From a virus, in the IMG/VR virus record IMGVR_UViG_3300025133_000037, positions 32,001 through 96,000 of that record: a stretch of DNA of 64,000 nt. One strand, 5' to 3'. Shown one piece after another: positions 56,890-64,000 of the stretch; the stretch's first letter is position 1; every line of letters starts with the position of its first letter. The notes below the pieces were generated by a model that saw nothing but the letters and a program-made list of their open reading frames with translations, was not told the DNA's origin and did not search any database. The position numbers and the translations under genes were made by a program.

Positions 56890-59800
56890 TTATTGATATT
56901 CAAACCAAAGATTGTTCTCTGTTACTTCTACCCTACATACACACGATGCATTTATATAATCGGGAGCATTTCCAACATGCATTTGAACATTTTCAACCAT
57001 ACCCGTCAGTGGTCCGTATGCTACTGCGCCAGAGCTATTTCTGCTTAATGGACCATTCGTAAAGTAAATAGCAAAATCAGATGTTATGCCTCCACCCCAT
57101 CCAGATGCATCAGTATTAATTAAGACTGGGCCTGTTGTCCACACCATATTAACGGGGGCTGCACCAAACTGCATAGTGGCCCCTGTATGAGAGCAATTAA
57201 GCCCTCCTTCGTAAGTGAAGTGAACAGACTCTTTTGTTACGCCCCCTGCGGCCTCTGTGCAATTTAATACGCCTTGAATTTTAAAAGTATAAGACGACCC
57301 CATTTTGGGTTCAAAAGCTCTTCCGTGATTAATTTTATCAATGTCTCCATCTAATAATAATTTAAAGCCTGTATTTCCAATTCCACCAATATCATAATCC
57401 CAGTGTCCAAACATTGTGAATACAAATGTTTGAGCGCCCCCGGGCTTAGACTCTCCGTGATCCGAAGCATAAAGTCCACTTATCGGATCTCCAGAACCGT
57501 CCGTAAAGCCATTGGCCGCAAAGGATCCGTCTCTTAAATCCCATGTTCCAGCGGCTTGTGATTTTTGTCCATAATTATAAGAAGAAGCCTCTCTTCCAAA
57601 TGCTCCAGCAAACGCATTTGCCTTATTGCTAAACGGTTGAGATTCTATTTTATTTTTTATACCATATGCAACAGAGCTTGCAAAAGCACCATTTATATGA
57701 TTATTCGCTCCAGCTATAATGGACGACAAGTCAGCTATGCCATCAGAAACTTCTATGACATTGTTTATTCCAGTTAAAATTCCAGCATAATGGCAATTCT
57801 CTATCATATTGCCAACATAGCCTGCTGCTGGATTATGAGAATGAGGATTAAGATCAAGAAGTGTTGATGCAGGAACTAACCCGATAGGCTCGCCTGTTCC
57901 CGGATTAAACCAAACATCCTCGCTTGATGTAGACCCCGGCCAGTAAGTCATTGGATCAACTATTGCTCCGCCACCACAAATAACTGCTCCACGCGAATCT
58001 GTTACGGAATTATAGAACCCCCCTAATATTGTAGAGAAGCATGATGTCTCACTTTGTAGGCCAGTACTCGGGAAGCCTGCTCCTGCAAATGTGCTTGTAG
58101 AAGTTAATATCTTATTATTACTTCCGCCGCCGACAGTACATAACACTCCACCTTTATTATTTGGATTAAATCCGATCTCATTATGCCAACCTCCCAGTAT
58201 GTTGCAGTGAGTTATGATTGCACCTGCGGCCTGTGCTGTTTCCATGCAGTTTGCTGACCCACCCAATATAACGCAATTGTCAATGCCAGCCTCTCCAGAC
58301 TTCATTTTGTTAAACGACCCAAACCCTATTGCGTTATGCTTAAAGCTTCCAGCTGTACATGCTATTATATTTTCATTACCGCCTAATATATATTGGTTAT
58401 AAACCGATTGGCCGCCACCACTTGGAGTCCATGCAGCTATCTTGTTATGTGTTCCGCCAAATACAAAGTTAACTCCACCCAAAGGCACTCCTGATAGATC
58501 TATATCGCCTCCTGCTATCCAGTTTCCACTCCCTCCAAATACTCCAGATCTCGGGGATGGGCCTCCAGCGGTAAAGTCCCATAATCCAGGGTTAGTACTC
58601 CATGGAGGGGGCCCTATTGAGTCAAAGGCAAAGTCAATTCCAATGACATTCTCTTCCATAGGCTGCGAGCCACCGGGCATCCCGCCGCCGCCGCCGACAA
58701 TAGAATATTCACTTACTGAACCAATCTTATTCTCTTGTCCTGCTCCAATAAAAGAGAAGGGACTATTTGCATAAATATTGTTTCTTACACCACCAACAAT
58801 TGCAGAAGATGTGGTGGCCACAATATTGGTATCACCTCCGACTACTACAGATTGAGGATGCGCCTGATTGTTCAAGCCCCCTAAAATCGAAGCATATTCA
58901 TACGCCCAATTTCCTATGCCTCCACCGATTGTTGCATATTCTGAACCAATAATAACCTTATTATTGCGCCCACCAGATATAGCAGAGTATTCTGAGTTAT
59001 CGTCTATAATATTATTGCGCCCCCCAGATATAGCAGAGTGCGACGAAGATAACTCTATGCGATTTTGCCTCCCGCCTGATATAGCGGCATAATTTGATTT
59101 GGCCCTATTATCCATACCTCCTGATATCGTAGAGTGACTGCTATTTAATTGGTTATCAATACCTCCTGATATAGTAGAATAATCATTAGAGTTTGTAATT
59201 AAATTATCACTACCTCCTGATATAGCAGAGTGGTCCGAGCCGGATTCAATTTCATTATTTTGCCCTCCAGAAACCGTAGACCAATTGCCCTGAACCTGAT
59301 TCGCCTGACCTCCAGATAGCGTTCCGTACATGGAACTATCTACATGGTTTCCTCCGCCACCGGAGATTACGCTACCAACATCTCCCGGAATTGCGCTACC
59401 AATTACATTAGCTTGCCCACCAGATATGGTATTTATACTTTGAGCACAAGAATTGCCTATGCCACCGGCAATAACTGAACCATTCCCCGTATCGGTAATT
59501 AAGTTATTCTCACCGCCAGCTACAACAGAGAAGCTTGCCTCTGCTTTAGTGTTGCTTCCAAATGCAACCGAATAAGGACCTCGATTATCTTCGTCCCACT
59601 GTGGGCCTGTGACGCCACCTGCCCTAAAGGCTCCTTTGCTCTTGTCAAACAAGAATCTATTGTCGCCATCAATATGCGTTGGCTCTCCTGGGTCATTGAT
59701 ATCTTCAAGAGAAGATGATCCAAAGACAAAGTCCAGCCCCGTACTAGGGGCCCACACTCCAGCTATATCTACATATGCTGACCCATCCCAATACTGGTGT

Positions 59801-60252
59801 CTTTGCCTGACAACAGGATGCTCAGGGCCTCCTGAGTATGCGGTATATTCTGGAGGAAAACCATCAAAGTCTTCCTCTACAAATACAAGATCTGCCCTAA
59901 TGCCTCTGAGGTCTAAGTAATAATAAGTAGATCCACCTGACTCATAAGACTCAGGAATTGCCTCATTTACATTTACTGTTTCACGAACATTATTTCTATG
60001 AACAGCTTGATCTGCAAGGTTTTCATGCAGAAGCTTATCTTCAACATGTTCGACCAAATTAACCAACGGAGCATGTCCATCAATGTTCTGACCATCATGC
60101 ACGTGTCCACGTATACGCGGATCTTCTGGGTCCATAGAAGAAGCCTCACCAGATCCGTACAGTCCTCCGAAAATGGAGTTTGCGAAATCTGCTGTGACTA
60201 CTGTAACTGTCGACTCAAATTTTGTAAGCTTTCCGTCGCTATCTGCGGCCAT
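56890..60252 (-). CDS. Tail fibre/spike protein with GGxxN beta-solenoid repeats
   Basis: FDKSKGAFRAG followed by many S.ISGG..N repeats; N-terminus paralogous to the neighbouring fibre. Confidence 0.8.
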   Translation of the reverse strand: MAADSDGKLTKFESTVTVVTADFANSIFGGLYGSGEASSMDPEDPRIRGHVHDGQNIDGHAPLVNLVEHVEDKLLHENLADQAVHRNNVRETVNVNEAIPESYESGGSTYYYLDLRGIRADLVFVEEDFDGFPPEYTAYSGGPEHPVVRQRHQYWDGSAYVDIAGVWAPSTGLDFVFGSSSLEDINDPGEPTHIDGDNRFLFDKSKGAFRAGGVTGPQWDEDNRGPYSVAFGSNTKAEASFSVVAGGENNLITDTGNGSVIAGGIGNSCAQSINTISGGQANVIGSAIPGDVGSVISGGGGNHVDSSMYGTLSGGQANQVQGNWSTVSGGQNNEIESGSDHSAISGGSDNLITNSNDYSTISGGIDNQLNSSHSTISGGMDNRAKSNYAAISGGRQNRIELSSSHSAISGGRNNIIDDNSEYSAISGGRNNKVIIGSEYATIGGGIGNWAYEYASILGGLNNQAHPQSVVVGGDTNIVATTSSAIVGGVRNNIYANSPFSFIGAGQENKIGSVSEYSIVGGGGGMPGGSQPMEENVIGIDFAFDSIGPPPWSTNPGLWDFTAGGPSPRSGVFGGSGNWIAGGDIDLSGVPLGGVNFVFGGTHNKIAAWTPSGGGQSVYNQYILGGNENIIACTAGSFKHNAIGFGSFNKMKSGEAGIDNCVILGGSANCMETAQAAGAIITHCNILGGWHNEIGFNPNNKGGVLCTVGGGSNNKILTSTSTFAGAGFPSTGLQSETSCFSTILGGFYNSVTDSRGAVICGGGAIVDPMTYWPGSTSSEDVWFNPGTGEPIGLVPASTLLDLNPHSHNPAAGYVGNMIENCHYAGILTGINNVIEVSDGIADLSSIIAGANNHINGAFASSVAYGIKNKIESQPFSNKANAFAGAFGREASSYNYGQKSQAAGTWDLRDGSFAANGFTDGSGDPISGLYASDHGESKPGGAQTFVFTMFGHWDYDIGGIGNTGFKLLLDGDIDKINHGRAFEPKMGSSYTFKIQGVLNCTEAAGGVTKESVHFTYEGGLNCSHTGATMQFGAAPVNMVWTTGPVLINTDASGWGGGITSDFAIYFTNGPLSRNSSGAVAYGPLTGMVENVQMHVGNAPDYINASCVCRVEVTENNLWFEYQ
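58700..59530 (-). repeat. Intragenic 14-16 aa SxISGGxxN repeat array
   Basis: Recurring CCTCCTGATAT/CCAGATATAGCAGAG units on the plus strand, e.g. 58970-59230. Confidence 0.85.
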
Positions 60253-60262
60253 TGCAAATCCT

Positions 60263-60547
60263 TTACTCTATATTTTTAAAGTGTTTCTTTATCTTGTCAC
60301 TCACTTTAAACTTTACGGACTTGTATGACTTTAAGATCATTTCTTCTTGAGTTTTCGGGTTTCTTACAGGACGTGGAGAGTGAGTGTATAAATAGTATTT
60401 TCCAAAGCCTACCAAAGAAACCTCCCCCTCCTCCTCTAAAGATTCAATTATCGAGTCTATTAAGGCATCAATAGCCTGCAAAGCCTCTTTCTGAGACAAA
60501 AGAGTTTTTGAAGCAACCTTTTTCGCTAAATCTTTTTTATTTACCAT
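60263..60547 (-). CDS. HU/IHF family DNA-binding protein
   Basis: NKKDL...V.LVGFGK...RPVRNPKTQE...VKFK.S..IK. Confidence 0.93.
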   Translation of the reverse strand: MVNKKDLAKKVASKTLLSQKEALQAIDALIDSIIESLEEEGEVSLVGFGKYYLYTHSPRPVRNPKTQEEMILKSYKSVKFKVSDKIKKHFKNIE

Positions 60548-60597
60548 CTTTATTCATCCCTACAAGTGCGTGCGCGCGTGACGATACAATCTTAAAT

Positions 60598-60607
60598 ATT
60601 AATAGTA
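60598..60607 (-). promoter_or_regulatory. Candidate late-promoter element (TACTATTAAT)
   Basis: Upstream of HU and the two tail-fibre genes. Confidence 0.45.
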
Positions 60608-60609
60608 GC

Positions 60610-60843
60610 CTAAATGATATCATCATCATCAAATTTATCAGCATATAATTGCGATTCTTTATAGTCTGATTCTAACTCATCTTGCCTTTCTAAATAATAT
60701 CTATATACCGTAGAGAGATCCCCATCGTCCATGCCGCTGGAGTCAATACCATAATTCTCATATATACGATTAACCTTTTTTTTAAGCCTCTCTATTTTTT
60801 CGGTATCGCTTATCCTCTCCTTGTTTGACACGTTGATCTCCAA
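60610..60843 (-). CDS. Hypothetical protein
   Basis: 77 aa, TTG start; fits operon spacing. Confidence 0.55.
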   Translation of the reverse strand: MEINVSNKERISDTEKIERLKKKVNRIYENYGIDSSGMDDGDLSTVYRYYLERQDELESDYKESQLYADKFDDDDII

Positions 60844-60852
60844 ACATCAAGC

Positions 60853-61227
60853 CTAAACTTGATCTGCCTTCTTAACTATCTCGCGGCATACATCGACCAT
60901 GCTCTCTACTGTCATTTTTAACTTCAAAGCATTAACGCAATACGCACACCATACAACATTCCCCTCAACATATCCTAACTCCGGATCAATACAATCCAAT
61001 GACATCTTAAACGGGTCATGTGTTCTTTCTTTATTTTCTTTAACAATATTTAATTGAATATCAGAGTAAAAGCATCTTCCGCTTTGCTCCTCAAATAGAG
61101 TTACGATAAAATCTTTTGTTATATCAAAAGGAATACCTTTTTTAGACGCTCTACTCCTAGCATTTGAAACAGCTCTTCCAAACATTATACTAGGATATTC
61201 TAAACATTTTTCTCTCCACGTATACAA
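60853..61227 (-). CDS. HNH-like endonuclease-family protein
   Basis: Q.GRCFYS...SLDCID...GYVEGNVVWC...VN.LK pattern. Confidence 0.7.
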   Translation of the reverse strand: MYTWREKCLEYPSIMFGRAVSNARSRASKKGIPFDITKDFIVTLFEEQSGRCFYSDIQLNIVKENKERTHDPFKMSLDCIDPELGYVEGNVVWCAYCVNALKLKMTVESMVDVCREIVKKADQV

Positions 61228-61228
61228 C

Positions 61229-61498
61229 TTAGCTCTCCTCTGCCTCTTCTACAGGCTTGTTAAAAACATTAACCATAAGTCTAAGCCCAGCCTTTGCGCC
61301 AGAAGCTTTCGCAACTGTTCGTATCGCATTAGCAATTCGGCCCTGCTTCCCTATAACCTTTCCAACATCATCTTTGCCTACTCTGATTTCAAACAGGAGG
61401 CCCTTCTCTGGATCATTGGATTCGGTCACAATCACTGCTGATTCATCATCGACTATACTTGTCACCATAACGGTGAGCAATTCTTTTACACTACTCAT
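61229..61498 (-). CDS. khpA: KhpA-like single KH-domain RNA-binding protein
   Basis: KELL..MV.SIVD...V.V...DDVGKVIGKQGRIANAIRTV. Confidence 0.9.
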   Translation of the reverse strand: MSSVKELLTVMVTSIVDDESAVIVTESNDPEKGLLFEIRVGKDDVGKVIGKQGRIANAIRTVAKASGAKAGLRLMVNVFNKPVEEAEES

Positions 61499-61499
61499 T

Positions 61500-62003
61500 T
61501 CAAATCTCCTCTATATTAATTTTGGTCAACTCAACTTCAGATTTTCTCGGAATAACAACCTCAAGCAATCCATCTTTCATAGAAGCTTTGGCTAAAGTTA
61601 GGTTAAATAATGGATTTATAAAATACTTTGCCTTAAAATTTCTTCTGGCAATACCCCTAACTATCATGCCGTTCTGTACGCCAATTACCGGGACTTTAGC
61701 GGGGTACTCACCCTCTGGTGTCTCGATACTATTGTCGCTTTCCACAGGCGAAATCTTATTGCCCAAGCCCTCTATATAAAGCTCATTGTTTTTAGTGTTA
61801 ACTGATACGTCTGATGGAGAATATCCCGCTAAGGCAAACGCCATATGGAACCCTCCTTCATCACACCACTGGTCACACCTTGGAAACTTTCCAGCAGAAG
61901 TGGCCTTTTTATGCGTAGCTACATCTCTAAAGAATTCATCATCAGCCCATAATAAGTCTAAGACCCTGCCAGGGATAGACACTCTACTCATCGTATCTTT
62001 CAT
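61500..62003 (-). CDS. Small heat shock protein (Hsp20/IbpA-like)
   Basis: FP......ALAGYS..DVSV...L.IEG...RGIARRNF...ASMKDGLLEVVIP...I.I; start revised. Confidence 0.88.
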   Translation of the reverse strand: MKDTMSRVSIPGRVLDLLWADDEFFRDVATHKKATSAGKFPRCDQWCDEGGFHMAFALAGYSPSDVSVNTKNNELYIEGLGNKISPVESDNSIETPEGEYPAKVPVIGVQNGMIVRGIARRNFKAKYFINPLFNLTLAKASMKDGLLEVVIPRKSEVELTKINIEEI

Positions 62004-62328
62004 TGCTTTCATCTCCATTTTCAAAAGCTGTATCAAAATATATTCCAACCGAATCAACTGCCCCAACAATGCTGTGAGTGGACCAACTAAAAAGGCTGGT
62101 TATTGTCGCTGCCCATAAAGGATTTATATCATAAAAACCAGAGGCAATAAGTCCAACCCAAAAGCCAGAGCACATTGTGCAGTTAATTAGTTCTCCTAAA
62201 TAAGCTGATCTATTTTCTATAAACTTCCTAATAGGCTCTAAGAGGGCGCTTGCTACCAGGATAATAGTAAGGCCAGAAGAACCTAATGAAAATATTAAAA
62301 ACTCAACTATACTCACAAACAACTCCAA
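61984..62328 (-). CDS. DUF1360-like membrane protein
   Basis: Hydrophobic helices with LLEPIR...LGELINCTMCSGFWVG. Confidence 0.65.
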   Translation of the reverse strand: MELFVSIVEFLIFSLGSSGLTIILVASALLEPIRKFIENRSAYLGELINCTMCSGFWVGLIASGFYDINPLWAATITSLFSWSTHSIVGAVDSVGIYFDTAFENGDESNERYDE

Positions 62329-62436
62329 CTAAGTTATATATACTTAATATATCCATTATTATCAATAATATTTTACTAACTCCAACCTACATCTAAATAA
62401 ATTTTGCTGCTAAATTTTGTAAAACTTTTGCCCGAG

Positions 62437-62460
62437 AAAGCAGGGATCGTTCCTGCTTTT
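62437..62460. terminator. Terminator-like hairpin after thyX
   Basis: AAAGCAGG-GATCGTT-CCTGCTTT. Confidence 0.6.
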
Positions 62461-62464
62461 ATGT

Positions 62465-63163
62465 TTATTTGCGGTTTGCCTCTTTATACTTAGAGATAGC
62501 AACGGGCCATAAGCCCTCGGCTATTTCAAGGCAAGCTTCCGCGACTCTTTGTATCTCCAGTTGAGCACCAGCATGTGTTCTTAGCTCAATAAACTTTAAT
62601 AAATTGTTCAAATTAACTGTTCCGTAATATTCTGTATACATATTTTGAGGCAATACACCCCTTGCCTGCTCACGACACACCCCTGCTTCAATCATTCTAT
62701 TGAAGAGATCGAGAGACATTTGATGATGTAGACCAACCATTTCATCACAATCACTGCCACAAGAAAGAACTGGGTTAATTAACTCTTCAGCGTTGCTTGC
62801 CTGTCTGTTAGCTTCGTGTTGTGTTCTGAACTCTGGTGTCTCATAAAACTTAATATCTACATCTGTATACCGCCTTGATATTTCATTATAACTCCAAGTG
62901 CGATGCCTGTGATGTTGGCTTCTAACATACAATGGAACTACAAAGCAAAGGGTAATAACATTATGTTCAAAAGTGCTAGTATGACGATGTTTCGCTAAAT
63001 ATGAAATAAGCTTTTCATCTTGCTTATCTAGCTCATTCTTCCGTCGTCCAAAGCTAACACGTGCGCTATTAACTATAGTCAAGTCTGTCCCCATATGGTC
63101 CACGTACTCAACTCGGCCTATGCCATCTGAATACAGATAAATAGCGTTTTTAACCTGCCCCAT
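62465..63163 (-). CDS. thyX: Flavin-dependent thymidylate synthase
   Basis: IVNSARVS, H.STFEH, RHRTWSYNEISRRY, REQARGVLP, LR....AQLEI; start revised to MGQVK. Confidence 0.96.
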   Translation of the reverse strand: MGQVKNAIYLYSDGIGRVEYVDHMGTDLTIVNSARVSFGRRKNELDKQDEKLISYLAKHRHTSTFEHNVITLCFVVPLYVRSQHHRHRTWSYNEISRRYTDVDIKFYETPEFRTQHEANRQASNAEELINPVLSCGSDCDEMVGLHHQMSLDLFNRMIEAGVCREQARGVLPQNMYTEYYGTVNLNNLLKFIELRTHAGAQLEIQRVAEACLEIAEGLWPVAISKYKEANRK

Positions 63164-64000
63164 CAGACTCCCCTCTGCATACAAGGAGCAACTGCCTATC
63201 TTGATCAAAGACTATATTCGCAGCCTCCGTTACATCACTGGTCGTTACCGCATCAATGTTGTTCATGTAATCCTCTATAGTCGGAATGTTCTGCAGCCTT
63301 CTTTTGATGGCCCAATATGCAAGGCTATAACTATCTTCTATTGCAGAATAGAATGAAGATCGAATCTTATTCTTGGCCCTCTGGACCTCTTCCTCTGTTG
63401 GCATTTCTAGTTTAATCACATTCAGCTGCTCGTCCACTACTTCTACTGCCTCTGGTAAGTTAGCCTCTCTTGTGGAGAACTCAACCAAACTAACCCCTCC
63501 ATGCTGCCAATCTGTATTCCCGCTCGATATACCATATACCAAGCCTCGCTTCTCTCTAACCTCTGCGAACAAACGACAGTCCATGCCCCTGCCCAAGATT
63601 GTCATTAAAACCTGCACAGCACCATCTATCTCTGATGCAACATTTACAGATGGCATACCCATCCATACATATGAATGCTCCAAGCCACCCTTAGTTATCT
63701 CCATATATCTTCCTCCAGAATAATCTGAATTGTATACAGGATAATCTGAATCAAAAAACTCATAATTACTTGTAATCTTTCCGGTTGCCGGACCAAAATA
63801 CTTATTAAGCAAAGCCTTAGAATCCTTCTTGCTTAAGTTGCTACATATCGAAACAACGGCATTCTTTCGATTACAAAACTCTTTATGGAATCTTTTTAAC
63901 TCATCTGTTGTAAATTTAGATATACTGTCTTGTGTTCCGAGAACAGGAAGCGCCAAGTAGTTATTAAAAAAGGTTTCAGAAAAAGCTCTCCATATATAAT
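63150..64000 (-). CDS. M16 (pitrilysin/MPP-like) peptidase, 5' part outside the window
   Basis: PVLGT..SI...T..EL..FH, ILG.GM..RLF.EVREKRGLVY, EVQRAKN, IDAVT..DV..AA; the HxxEH site is not in the window. Confidence 0.88.
   Translation of the reverse strand, partial: YIWRAFSETFFNNYLALPVLGTQDSISKFTTDELKRFHKEFCNRKNAVVSICSNLSKKDSKALLNKYFGPATGKITSNYEFFDSDYPVYNSDYSGGRYMEITKGGLEHSYVWMGMPSVNVASEIDGAVQVLMTILGRGMDCRLFAEVREKRGLVYGISSGNTDWQHGGVSLVEFSTREANLPEAVEVVDEQLNVIKLEMPTEEEVQRAKNKIRSSFYSAIEDSYSLAYWAIKRRLQNIPTIEDYMNNIDAVTTSDVTEAANIVFDQDRQLLLVCRGESDGAG

Noticed and set aside
58700-59530. Periodic DNA repeats as a CRISPR array or DGR template
   Set aside because: They are in-frame degenerate codon repeats of the GGxxN solenoid; there is no reverse transcriptase and no adenine-specific repeat pair
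1-64000. Stop-codon reassignment, as in some large phages
   Set aside because: TAA, TAG and TGA all end genes at sensible boundaries, and conserved genes are full length under the standard code
24384-64000. Bacterial chromosome origin, given recA, groEL, dnaE, HU, khpA and thyX
   Set aside because: These genes are divergent, lack their usual operon partners, and are co-oriented with terminase, portal and fibre genes among many orphans, which fits a large phage

Overview
The window is a 64-kb segment of a large (jumbo-type) dsDNA tailed bacteriophage genome. All credible genes lie on the minus strand, are tightly packed and use the standard genetic code. In transcription order (right to left): M16 peptidase, ThyX, Hsp20, KhpA, HNH-like protein and HU; two paralogous tail-fibre/adhesin genes; FtsK, a stand-alone primase Zn-finger, SbcD/SbcC, a Cas4-like nuclease and a sigma factor; a 2205-aa orphan; DnaE, SSB, RuvC, GroEL, RecA and a TOPRIM-only primase; then a ~24-kb head morphogenesis block (GpA-type terminase, portal, prohead protease-scaffold fusion, decoration-like protein, many acidic orphans) with an embedded nucleotidyltransferase and an ExbB/ExbD-like membrane triad. 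The most interesting signal is a shared peptide grammar across the head-block proteins. It has three parts: a recurrent K-x-A motif at domain boundaries (candidate prohead-protease cleavage site), a helical-hairpin module repeated in several unrelated proteins (candidate capsid-loading tag), and a conserved CTAWTWWW element upstream of structural genes (candidate late promoter). All family assignments are from motif recognition by eye, not from database searches. No tRNA, rRNA, CRISPR array or IS element was seen.
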